This document shows positions 27,094 through 38,850 of a DNA stretch of 64,000 bases, one piece after another. How positions within the stretch are numbered: position 1 is the stretch's first letter; every line of letters starts with the position of its first letter. The translations under genes and the position numbers were made by a program. The stretch comes from Felis catus (lineage: Eukaryota). Location of the stretch: assembly GCF_018350175.1 (NCBI RefSeq), contig NC_058369.1, positions 12,402,001-12,466,000 of the forward strand, given 5' to 3'. A model generated the notes under the pieces. The model was given only the letters and a program-made list of their open reading frames with translations. It did not search any database and was not told the DNA's origin.

Positions 27094-30000
27094 TACATGC
27101 TCCTCTTTGACCTCCTGTGGGCGTGGCCATTTCTTCCAAGGCCCCCTCACCCCCAAGCCAAGCCAGAGCTGATTCTCCAAGAGTTTTCACACTGGAAGCA
27201 AGTGTGTGAATCCCTTCTTCAATGGCCTAGCCTTCAAAAAGTCAAACTCTGAGGCTGCTTCATTTCCCACCACATTGGAGAAATCTGTCCACAAGGCAGA
27301 CAGAAAGAGAGACACACACACACTAACAGCACTCTGACTCAGTGATGGGGTGAGAGAAGTTACAGGCAAAAGCAGGGCAAGCTCACATAACACTTGGGAA
27401 GGCGATGTTTCTTGCCCTTTGGTGAGAAGTTAGGCTCCTGCATTCGGTGCCAGCACTGGCTTGTCCACCAATCTTCAAGCTGGGAATTTTAAATGCTTGA
27501 GAAGCTCCGTTAAAATAGAAGTGAAAGTGAAATAACCATTCACAAACCTTTCCCCCCATGATCATGCCTGAACTAAAACATGTGGCCCACTTCTGTCACT
27601 GCCAGGCTGCCAGCATCCAGCAAAGGGGGAGCAGACATCACCAACTTCAGGTGCTTGCTGAGAGCCACCCCTCCCCCCCCCACCCCAACAAACAGAGGGA
27701 AAAATGGAGAAGGCTGTGAAGGATCATCTGACCCTACCCTTCTCAGTTAACCTAAGGGGAAGAAGCCAGGCCCGGAAACGCAGGTACCAGTTTCCGGTTA
27801 CCCAGGTTAACCAAAGGGAGGGGACAAGCAAGAGGAAAGGGGCAGAACGATCAGATGTGAAGAGACCATCCAGTGTCCATCCATGCCTCTGAGCCAAGAG
27901 GACAGAAGTCCAGAGAACTCGGCTCTTGCCTGGGTCCGGGTGCCGCCTCACAGCTACAGGAGGCCTGTGTGAGCCCGGGGCCTCCTGGACTGCACCACTT
28001 CCCCTGCCTGCACCAGGTGCAGCACCAGGAGAGATGATGGGCTTGGGAGAATGAGCAGCACTGTGGCAGGCTCTCTTCGATTCCCCAAGTGCTCCTCAGC
28101 CCAGAATGGGGTAGAAGCTACAAGCCGGCACCCACTTTAACACAAGGTAAGAGCAAAGTACCCAAGTGTGACTGCGGGGAAATCAGAATCTGTGGGTGGG
28201 TGCTCAGAACGCCATGCTGCGACCTCCTATCATCCAAACCACTCCATTGCTTACTCCAGGCCTTACATTTCAGTTACACCCATTTTGTTTCTGGACCCAA
28301 GTCTCCCGGGCCAGCATGCCCAACTATTTGATGGTATTATCACACCAGAGTGGTGATTAAACCCACACGCGCTCAGGGGACATTGCCAGCTTGTTCTCCA
28401 CACCACTACCCCCTCCCACAAACAGGACTCTGATGTTTCCTGGGAGCATCCCCTCTATTCTGGGCCGGTCTGGGTGGAACCAACACCAGGGGTGAACCAA
28501 TCAACACAGCCTACTAATTGCATCAAAGCCCATAGATGGCATCAGAAAATGTGTGCTGGGACTTCTGGGAGAGCATCACCTCGTCTTTCTTCCCCTGGCT
28601 GATGGTCAAAGAGGGTGAATCCCAAAGCCGCAGGGGTTGGAAGGACAAGGAGGACACCCCACTGCGCAGAGGGAACACTACAAAAGAGATGGAACAAAAC
28701 CAGGGCCTCACCTGAGAACAGACTCACCTCAGAGCCTTTGAGTGGCACAAGCCAATCAGCCCTTTCACATTTGAGCTCCCTCTGGGGGAGGCTGGCCAAC
28801 AGAATACTCGAAGCAAATGTGAAACCATCAGCAAAAAGGGTAAACCGTTCCTATTTTATATCCTACACACATCACTGGCACTTGACCCCCACAGACAGCA
28901 CTAAAAAGTCAGCTTGCCAACTGCCTGCCTGGCACAGTTGCAAGATGCATGGGGCAAATAAAGTTGGGAAGGGTCTACCTGACGTGGCTTCCAGAAGGGC
29001 TGGCCTTAAGAAGAAGAGGGCAGTTAGTTACCTTGGGGATCACCTGGGGAAAGAGGATGTGGCCACCACCCCATATGCCAACCTGAGCCGGACCAGGGAC
29101 CTGATGGCAAGAGAGGTCGAGAGAGCTAATGAACCCAGCTGCCCTGTGGGCAGGCAAAGCTGCGGCCAGCTTGGTAGATCAGGTGGTTACCCAGAGCCAG
29201 GTGTGTGACCAGAGGTGCGGGTAGGGGATGGGGCCAAAGGTGCAAGTGCGGGCAGGGCAGGGGGGGCTGCCGGTGCCTGGAGGAGGACTGCCAGGCCACC
29301 TACCGGGCTCTTGTTGTGAGCTGGGCTCACATACACCTAAGTCTTCCATGAGAAGATCACAGAACCCCCCCACCACGGAGTCAAGGCTGGCCACAGCCAA
29401 CCACTTACAAAATCACTCTGTGCCCACAGTGGATGGGTGACTGGGACCGCCACAGCAGCCACAAGGCTGACTCACTGCAGGGTATGGCCTGGAGGAACCA
29501 TCACCCATTTTTTGGCCCTGATGAAACCCAGGGAAGCGGAGCGTCCAGAGAGAGAGAGAGAGAGTGTCTCGTTTGTCACGTGACCAAAAGGGCCCCAAGG
29601 CAGCATTTGAACAGTATCTCCAGGGTCCACAGACAGACAGGGATCTGAGATCAAGAGTCATCTTTTTTCCCTGTCACAGGGGTAAAAAATAACAGCCAAG
29701 AAATAGAAGGGAAAAAAATGCCTCACGCCTTTTCCTCAGCCAGTTCAAGAGACAGCACAAAGCATTTCAGGTACAACTTCCCTCCCAGCCTGGCATAAAA
29801 ACATCCCGTAGACAAACCCAGCATAAAGACCCAGACTCTGGCAGGAGAGCAGAATGCTGACCTTGTACCCACTACTGCGCTCTCTCAGGTGACCAGGGAG
29901 GTGGTGGCACGTGGGTGAGGACTGGGCAGGAGGGAAGGATTCCCGATCCCAGCGCGATCCTTTCTAGCTGTGTGTCTGCTGGGTAAGTGCTGACAGTTAA

Positions 30001-30469
30001 CTCCCGATATTGGCCCTTTTCACAGGAAGATCAACAAGCTTCTGAGCACAGGCTTGCTACGGGAGCCCTAGAAACATGGGGATTAACTCGTGCTCCACTA
30101 CCAAGGAGCTCGCGACCCCAAGGAAAATGCAATCAACAAGACCGGTTATCAGCAGGAAGGAATGTAGGGTTTTTAAGTTATGTACAGTGCCTGGGGGAGA
30201 CGGTCTTGGATTAAAGCAGGAAAGGTTTCTGGGAGAGAATAGTAGCGATGACAGAAGGTCACAAATGTGAGGTACAGAGAGTCCCAACCTAGGTGTCGCA
30301 CACAAACAAAGAAGGTTAGCTTACAGATTTAAGCAGACGCCGTTTTGATAAGATACAGCTTCATTTCAAAGCATGACTAGATTAAGAGTAGCTTCTTTCC
30401 TTGAATTTTCTCAAAAAAACAGCTACTCAAAGTACACCTGTCAATATACGCAAGTTCCTGAATATTTCT

Positions 30470-30699
30470 TTTTTTTTAAGTTTACTTATTTTTGAGACAG
30501 AGCACAAATTTATTATTTTTGCATCAGCACACAACTGGGGGAGGGGCAGAGAGAGAGGGAAAGAGAGAGAATCCCAAGCAGGCTCCGCGCTGTGAGCACA
30601 GAGCCGGACATGGGGCTTGCCCTTATGAACCATGAGATCATGACCTGAGCCGTAATCAAGAGTCAGACACTTAACCGGCTGAGCCACCCAGGAGCCCCC
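30470..30699 (-). mobile_element. Can-SINE
   Basis: TSD ctgaatatttct on both sides. Confidence 0.9.
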
Positions 30700-33600
30700 T
30701 GAATATTTCTGATCACAGAACTGGATCCTGACAGGCAAAAAGGTTAGGAGCCATTAGGCTAGAAGATTTCAAAGAGGGAAAGACTGTCCCAACTGGGATG
30801 GAAATGGAAACACAAAACAACATTTAAAAACACTTTGTATTTATGAGGTTAAACCACAGAAGACACAGCGGAGTCCAAATTCCCTCCTGGGCACTGCTTA
30901 TGTAGGAGGCAAGAGACTGTCAGAGTTAAGCCCACTGCTTCTGAGCCTACCAGCACTGGGTATAGGCCCATAGCCTCCTCCACGACAGTGGAGATCATTA
31001 ATCTCTGCTCTCTCCTGAAAGGAAGATGGAACATCTACCTCTAGGACTAGTTCAGAGAGCAAACAGGAAGCCAAGCGCTCCACACTGTACCTGGCACATA
31101 CTAGGTGTTCTGTAGGCTGCGGCTATCCGTTTTACAGCCTCCAGCGGATGGATGGAGCCAGGGAACTTCCTTGCAGTCCCAGGAGCATTCAAAGGCTCTC
31201 GACCCCACCTGCCTGGCAATGACACGTCACCTGATACGACCTTTCTCCTTTTTAGCAGGCTCCTCACGCCATCACGGGACCTCCAGGAGTTTTTGGGCAG
31301 GCGTCTGGGGGTCCACACAGAGGGCCCAGATACATGTGCACACCCACTTGGCACAGTGGTTCTGGACTGTCTTGAGCCAGCTCGGACAATAATCAAGAGC
31401 TCCCCAAGTGCAGCACAGCCTCCCTCCAGGAGCTCCTGCCTTCCCCTACTAGGTTTGCCTCGAAAATCCACACAGAGCAAACCTAACCCGGGGTACAACA
31501 GCTCTTCAAATACTTGAAAGCAGACCCCAGGTCCTCCAGAGAGCCTGACACTTGTCCTCCTCCCCTCCCACTGCTGAGAGGGCAAATTGTTCAAGGGTTT
31601 GCCAGCTATTCGTCAAATTCTGTCTCCCTCAGACCAGAGATGAACCAAGAGCTGGCTTTCTGTATGTGACTGTAAAACTTTTCACCCTGAAAACAAACTA
31701 TACAGTGCTCTAGAAGTCATTTCATGCTCTTAAGAATTCTGAACTACCTTTGAATAAGAAACATGAACAACTCCTCCATTTGGACCTACGAGCTATAGCC
31801 CTGTAAGGCCTCCCCTGACGCTGATCCCCACCCTCCACCCCAGATTGCCCACGTGCACATTCTCTTCCTGTTCCAGGTCCTTCAAGGGTAGGGGCTGGGC
31901 ATCTCCAGGTCTGCACCCTCCACACCCAACACCATAAGCAATGGCTAGAAATGTTTATTCAACTGCTGAGCCACCTTTTTCAGCTTTACCACATTTCTCC
32001 ATCAACAGCATATATCAGTTGACAATTGAGATGTTAAGTGTATGGCCTCCTCAGACCTGGAATTCATTCAGAGAGCACTTGTAAACACCACATGCAGAAT
32101 ATTGGTATGTCTTCCTTATGCAAGAAATACTCCCCAGTTCAAGGAATCAAGGAATCTCCATGTCAATACTAGCTCAGTGCTCTGAGAGCAAAAAGGGGGA
32201 GTTTCAAATGGGGGCTCCAAGTCTGGGCACTAGAAAGACCAGGCTGAAAACGCACTGCCTATGCAGTCACTCGCCAAACCACAAACTCAGTCACCCACTC
32301 CAACAACCAGCTGAGGGGTCCCAAAGGGACCAGACAGACTCAGGACAGCCTCCCATAAGGGAGAAGAAAGGGGCACAACTTCTACTGATGGAGACAAAGC
32401 CCCCAGCTTCCAGAAGGCGATTTACAGTGGGGGTTGGGCAGGAGACATGCCCACAGAACTGCAGTCACCTAGGGACTGGACTGAGGCCTGGTTCCAGTTA
32501 AACTGGAGCTCTGTCTGAGAAGATGGCTTGCAGAGACACCAAAATCGAGGCACAGGTGAACAGCTCCTCTCCTTCACCCAACCTCAAGTGCATGTCCTGC
32601 CACGCGCAGCTACATCTTGAGCCCAGGAGCCCAGGTGACCATGGAGTCTTCTTACAACTGTATCAGGACAAAGGCCCCTTCCCACGAGCTGATCTTGGAC
32701 AATCCTCCAGGACTCTGTGACTTCCAGGCAGGACAACATACTATGATTACAAGTAAAGCCACTTCTGAGGACCACCAGACCTCTGTGAAGACAGAATGTA
32801 AAATCCACCTTCTTCTAAGGGAGAGAGTGAGTCAGAACAAGGACCCACACCGGCGTCACAAGTCACACTTATTACCTGCCTGTCTCCCAAAGTCATAAAA
32901 TGCCACACTGCTCTCTTCTCCACCTATCGTGGCCACATATGAAGAACAAAGACAGGAATGTCATTGCCATTTGGGCAACCAGAGTGATCAGGGAGTCCAC
33001 GTGTTTAGATTTTATAACCTTTAACGTGTTGGAGAGAATCAGAACCAACAGTCTTCCCTTTTACAATGTGTAACAGTCCTCCTTTCAGCAGGATCAATGA
33101 TGTTTTAAGTTAACATCATGAGTGCTTGTAATCTTGAAGCAGAAAACAAAGCCAGCACACAATACTCATGAAAAGTTCCACATCAGTTGGCGATTGCCAC
33201 ACCACGATATGGTCTGGCCCAGGATTCTGTCCCTGACGGAAACCGTAAGATGTTTCCAGGACAGGCTGTCTAACATCATCACCTTGTTAGATCTCTCACA
33301 GGTAAACCTAAACCGATTTGTAATCTCATATAAACTTATGTAGGACAGAAAAGGCTCCCGCATCTTTTCTTACCAGCTCAAGAACACTGACCTCTTGGGC
33401 CTCTTCTCAAGCCATCGCTCCACCTTTGAGAGCAGTGTGGTGGCATTTAGAGTTAGAAGCACTGTCACTTAAACTTCAGGTAAGTCCCTAACTTTAGGGC
33501 AGTCACCTCAAATTAAGTCAGTAAGAAACAAAAGCGTCTTGTCCTCTCCTGACCATGGGAAGCACCCACTTAAACAGCACCTACTGTCTTTATGCTGTTG

Positions 33601-36600
33601 GTTTCTATGCCTGCAGGAAAGGGAGATCAGTTGCTCACCATCCCTCCCTTACAGAACTGTTGTGGGGAAGCAGGAGACCCTGTTCAAATGCTGCAGAGTC
33701 AGGTAAAGCATGTATCTCTGAGTAGAGTTCTGGTATCTGTGAGAATTTTGTGATTTTAGTAAGTTCACATAATGCACCTCACATTAAAAGAAAAAAACTT
33801 TTAGAACAACTCATGTGAGCCTCTGCTACCCCTTCCAGAATCTGAACCCTGGATCCGGCAGGAGCCTTAATGGGTGCATACACCAGTTCCCAGTCCCACT
33901 TTGTACATGAAGACCCTGCAGCCCAGAGAAGCTGGGTGGCGTCTTAATCTTCTAATTTCCTAGGGGGGGAAATTATCATTCTTGTGTGTCTCTCTCTGCA
34001 GAGGCCCTTCGGTCACCTCTCCTTGGCGCCTGACGTCTGCATAACTGTTAGGAAGAAAAGTCATTTCTGAAGTTTCCTGCCAGAGAGCCTGATCAGTAGG
34101 AGGCCTTTACACAGACATCTTGGGCAAGTTCAAGTCCCCTTCTCCCCCAGTGCCTTCTCTGGCCGCTCCCTGTTCTGATTACAGAGATGCTCACCTGCTT
34201 TGTGCAAGGCCTGCTTTGTGCTATTATTCAACTTGTTATGGGGTTACAGTATCCACTCCGCCGTCTCAGACCTATTCTATCCACGTGCCTCACGGTTCTA
34301 GAGAGTTCTGAATTAGAATATTACACGACTAAACTTCAGCACGTATAGCAAGAAGGATGCGAGGATTCAATCAGTTTAACCAGCACTTAGCACCCTAAAG
34401 CGCCTAATGCTTCAGCCCTGGAGAAAGAAGACAAGAAACAAGCCATGCTCGCAAAGCCTACATTCTGGTCAAGAAGGCAAAGCCTGAACTTCCATGAAAC
34501 GAGGAGTTCCAATACAAATGAGAAGCTCATCACCTGCTGAGAAGACTGTGCTTGGGCGGATGGACTCCCAATTTCTGGGCAGGGGAAGAAGGCGTGGCCC
34601 TTGACTGTACCCACGAAGACTAAGCGGGAAGAAACGCGCACACTGCGCTTCCGAGATTTTCAACACCCTGGCTACATACACCACAAGGAGAGTAAGGCTT
34701 AGATTGTTCTGAAAAACTGTTAGTCGCTTTTTGAAAAGAGGTGTAGAGGATTTACTTTATTACTGAGTTGGCAGAAATTATTAACTCAGAGTCTGCTGTT
34801 GCAGAAATTCAAATACTCCAGAGACTGGAACTGAAAACATACAGACAACTTTCCCCTTAAGAACTCCTTTGTCAAGGAGATGGTCGGTAAATGTTACTTT
34901 GTTATTTCCCTAACTTCTCAGCTACTTGTGGATATTAGGTCAGCTGCCCTGACATTGATTTTTCAAGCAAAAGCTAAGTTTGTTAACCATAATTGCATGC
35001 CCACAGAGGTAAGCATTACATGACACAATTCCCTGTCGCTTCTCTCAGAAGAGGTTTAATTTTAGTGTTGGCTCTTCAACACTGTCCCCATTTTTTTTCC
35101 ATGAGCATCTTAAATATGTGTCAACTAACTATCCCAAAGTGGAGTTCATAATTGGTCAAGGTAGAGAAAAGCAGGGGGTGCCGCCACTGCCTTCCTGGAG
35201 CTACCTCACACTCACCTGAGCCCAGGTCAATCCAGAGAAACTGCAGAATTATGGTCGCACCACCTCTGTCGGCAACCTATTCTGCCACGGCTCCAGTTTC
35301 TATATGGGGTTTGCTTCAAGCCACGCTCCTGTCAAAAGGTTCTAACAATGCTCACAGATGGTCACTGGCAATGGCAGCATTTAAAGGAGGCACTTTCCTC
35401 ATCACTCGTATCCAGAGACAGTTTCCCAATTCCATCCACCACGCTCACATTTAGCAGGACTCTATGCACACCCATCACTAAGTCCCCCCAGACAAGCCAT
35501 TTGACATGTGAACCCCATGCCATTACAGCAACCATGGGCTCCTATGAATGAACACCACTGTACACACTAAAATACAACAAAAATGAGATTTGTTTCCTCT
35601 CCCGCTTCTGGCTAACCCCCCTTCCTCGTTGCCCTCCTCTCCTCTCCCCCTAGGAACCCTTTAGATTACAGCCTTACACAATACTGGAACCTCTGAGGTC
35701 ACTGCCCTACCTAATCTACAACATATCATGACTGCCTGTCAAAGCGCCTCCTGATCCCAAAGCTCTCCTAGGTGGCATTAAGGATCAGTGCTAATATCTC
35801 AGCAACCTCTCAGATTCCCCGAAGGCAAACAAGCACGTGGAATTCAAGAAATTACACTCTGGACAAAAGATGCAAAAGTCACCAAGCTTTCATTTTTCAT
35901 GTCATTTGTTTTATTCTCTAATATTTCAGTCTTAGGAACTGCAGCGGCTCCAGTTACTGCAAAATATTCTGGAAGGTTTTATATAGCTTGTGCCTACTCC
36001 ACCCCCAAAGTCATAACAAAAATGTATACAACATTTGTTGAAGACAATTACCACCAAGTCGATCTTAATGGGGCCTGAAGACTAGGGACAAGAGGATTAC
36101 TTATGATACAAAAACCAGAGACTTACAGACACCGTAACTCCTCAATTTCTACCAAAATTATACAAGCCAATGTGAATTATTCCAAAAATACCAGGCTAAA
36201 GCACAGCCCTAAGAGTAATTAGTCAAACCAATGTAAAGGAAAAACAAAAACCCTACAGTGAGAGAAACCGGAGTTACCTGGCCCAAGACAAAAAGGTTTT
36301 TTCCTTGGATCTCCAGCATATTAAAAAGTGATCTCAATGGCCACTTCCTGGTCTCCCAGCAAATGCAGGGGCTCATCTCATACCTGCCACAACATCTTCC
36401 TACTGCTCAACCTGCTCCTGCCACAGGAGAAAATGACCCCTACTGCCAACAATCCCTTTGAGAAAACATGAGGGGAGACACTACGAGTCTTCCCCTACAC
36501 ACGCGAAGAGGGGCAGAGAAGATCCCTCTGCAAACAGTAGCCTCGGTGGAGGACCATCTAAGAAAGCAACACCCTGGGGTTGACCCTGACCCTCTAAGTG

Positions 36601-37430
36601 ACAAGCCACCAAGCCGGAACCCTCAGGTGGGGGGAAGTAATAGCCGAAGGAGCGTTCTTGAAGAACAGGAAAGAAAATCACCACCTCTAATTCACACCAA
36701 AAAGCGGGGCTCTGGCTTGGTCAGAAGACGCAATGGGCATTTAGGCCTAGAAAGGCAACAGGAAGGATCCCACCCTCCCCACGATCATCTACCGTCGGCA
36801 GCGATCCCAGGAGGGACTCGGCAAAGGCATGTCCACTCGCAGAACCAAGGGGGGACTCTCCACGCGCCCTGGGCACCCGGCTAAGGGCAAAGTAGGCTGG
36901 GGGCGGGGAGGGGGGGTCCCTCTGAAGCCAGGAAGATGCTTCCAGCCGGGAGAAGAGGAAAGGAGGACTTTCCTGATCACCCAGAAGGCCGAGACACAGG
37001 CGGCACAGGCGCCCGAGTCATACCCCGGACACCAGTTGCTCCACAGCCTTTCTCCCTCCCCTCCCCCCGCCGGGAAGACTTCCCGGGGGTCGCGGGTCCC
37101 CGGGGAAGGGCAAGGCGGGTGAGCTTCGTAAGGAGCAGTAAGGGTCATACATCTGGAGCGGAAGAAAAGGCAAAGCTCTGGCCTCAGTTCCCTTCTGCTC
37201 CCTCCGCCCAGGCCGCACGGAAGCCTCGGCCTCACGTACCCAGCGCCGCCAGACTGCCTGACCTGCCCCCGGCTCGGGCCCGTGGGGCGAGAGACCGGGA
37301 TGGCAGCGGCCCTCGGGGGCAGGTGGGCGTCGGGCGGGTTCCCCGGAGCCCGGCGGGCGAGGGGCATTGGGGAGGGGGAGGGTCCCGGGCCCACGCGGCC
37401 TCCGTCCCGGCCCGCGCAGCGGGTTCTTAC

Positions 37431-37502
37431 GTTGCTCTGGGGGTCGATGGCCTGCAGCAGCCGGTCCCTGATCTGCTGCGGAGACGCCGGAGCCGCTGTC
37501 AT
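37431..37502 (-). CDS. MED26: Mediator complex subunit 26, coding exon 1 (72 nt, phase 0); remaining exons lie left of the window
   Basis: Translates to MTAAPASPQQIRDRLLQAIDPQSN, the recognisable MED26 N-terminus. It ends at a canonical donor AAC|GTAAGA (intron starts at 37430) and lies within a CpG island. Confidence 0.97.
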
Positions 37503-37568
37503 TGCCTGGGCGAGGCGGGGGGGAGCGGCCGGGCCAGCGGGCGGGCGGGCTGAGGCGGGGGACGGGGG

Positions 37569-37604
37569 TCACTCACTCGCCGGCCTCCGGGAGCGGAGCC
37601 TCAT
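37569..37604 (-). other. Upstream ORF in MED26 5'UTR (MRLRSRRPASE*)
   Basis: ATG at 37604-37602 in context GGGAACATGA (A at -3). TGA at 37571-37569, 66 nt before the main ATG. Confidence 0.6.
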
Positions 37605-38477
37605 GTTCCCCGCGGTGCCGGGGAAGGAGGGGGCACGCGGGGTGGCGGAGAGGGGAGCCGGGGCTCGGGCCCGGGGCGCCACCGCCACCGCCACCAGAGG
37701 AGGAGGAGGAGCCACCGGAGCCGCCGCCGCTGCTGCCGCCGCCTCGAGAACCAAACTCCAGTGAGCTGCCCCTGCGCGGAGCACTCTGGGTAACCCGCGC
37801 CGCACGCAGCGTCGGCGCCACGCTGAGGAGGTTGGGAGATAGGGCGGGCAGAGACGCCGGGTCTGGGCGGGGCCGCGCGCGAGCCACGCCCCGCACCCCC
37901 ACGCATGCGCGCGCAGGCGTACTGGTCCGCCTCCCCACCCCGCCCACCGCCCGCCGGAGGTAGCCGTTGGGAGGCGGTTGGGCGGGGCAACGGCCGCCGC
38001 TTGGAGGCCCCGCCCCCGGCTGGGCCCTGGGGAGCTGAGGTTTCCGACGGAAACGGGCGGTGCGCGCCGAGTCCTTGAACCTGGGCACTCCGGTCGGCCG
38101 CCTCAGGGTTGGCGGCGGAAGGACTCTTCGTTGGGGAGAAAAGCCTTCCCCGTACCGAAGGAGGTGACGGGAGTCGTGGGCGGGAGAAGTTGACAAGTTT
38201 TCCGAGCCTGGGGTCCCCAGTCCCTCGATCGCCGTTCCTGGAGGCGAGGGAGCCAAGTCCACGTTGTGATAATGCGCGCGGAAGGGTCATCTTTAGAGGA
38301 GCAGAGGGATGCCCCCACCCCTCCCGAGGGCGGGGGTCTGCAGTGCCTCGCGTGCTGGGATCACCAACACATGAGACAGCGAAGCGCCTCTCGGGAGAGC
38401 CCTCACTCCAGCTAGAAAGCCCCAAAGCCAGCCCCTTGAGCCCACCGACCCCCAACGTTGCAAACGTGTGTCAACGC

Positions 38478-38684
38478 CAGGGTTTCTTATCCTGGGCACC
38501 AGTGACATTTGCGGCCGGCTCACTGTTGTAGGGGCCGTCCTGTGCATTTTAAGATATTCAGCATCCTGGGTTTCTACCTACTAAACGCCAGGAGCACTCT
38601 CTCCTCCAGTCAGGTCAACCAAAAATGTCCAGTCATCGCCAGAGGTCCCCTGGCAGGCAGAACGTCCCCTGTTGAGAACCACTG
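38478..38684 (+). mobile_element. MER20 (hAT-Charlie), near full length
   Basis: cagggtttctta...gacattt...cctgtgcatt...caaccaaaaatgtc...gttgagaaccactg matches MER20. Confidence 0.85.
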
Positions 38685-38739
38685 GTTTAAAAGACCCACC
38701 CTGCTTTGCGTGGAGATGCTGGAAAAAATGAAACCCTCA

Positions 38740-38850
38740 TTCTCTGAACAATACATTTCACAAAGGAAGAAATTGAGGCCCAAGGTCACCCAGAGTTACA
38801 GGTCAAACCCAGAATTAAACGTCAAGTCTAGAGAGTCTCTTTCCCATCTC
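38740..38850 (+). mobile_element. MIR fragment
   Basis: catttcacaaaggaagaaattgaggcccaaggtcacccagag motif. Confidence 0.6.

Larger units (their letters stand above)
1..37430 (-). other. MED26: MED26 intron 1 (partial, >37 kb)
   Basis: GT donor at 37430-37429. No sequence encoding the expected next exon (IRNMVAVLEVISSLEKYPITKEALE-like) was found in 1-37430. Confidence 0.85.
36950..38400. promoter_or_regulatory. MED26: CpG island / MED26 promoter and 5'UTR; TSS probably near 37760-37800
   Basis: Very high GC and CpG density. GC box GGGCGGGGC at 37865-37873, KLF/SP-like CCACGCCC at 37884-37891, NRF1-like CGCATGCGCGCGCAGGCG at ~37902-37919. The TSS position is inferred. Confidence 0.9.

Noticed and set aside
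28615..29208. 197-aa + strand ORF
   Set aside because: No recognisable homology, no retrogene hallmarks (poly(A)/TSD), and a non-ATG start.
36789..37502. 237-aa ORF starting with the MED26 N-terminus
   Set aside because: Only the first 24 codons are MED26. The rest reads through a canonical GT donor into GC-rich, stop-poor intron.
37282..38531. Many long overlapping ORFs in the CpG island
   Set aside because: Low-complexity Gly/Arg/Pro/Ala translations expected from GC-rich DNA; no recognisable protein.
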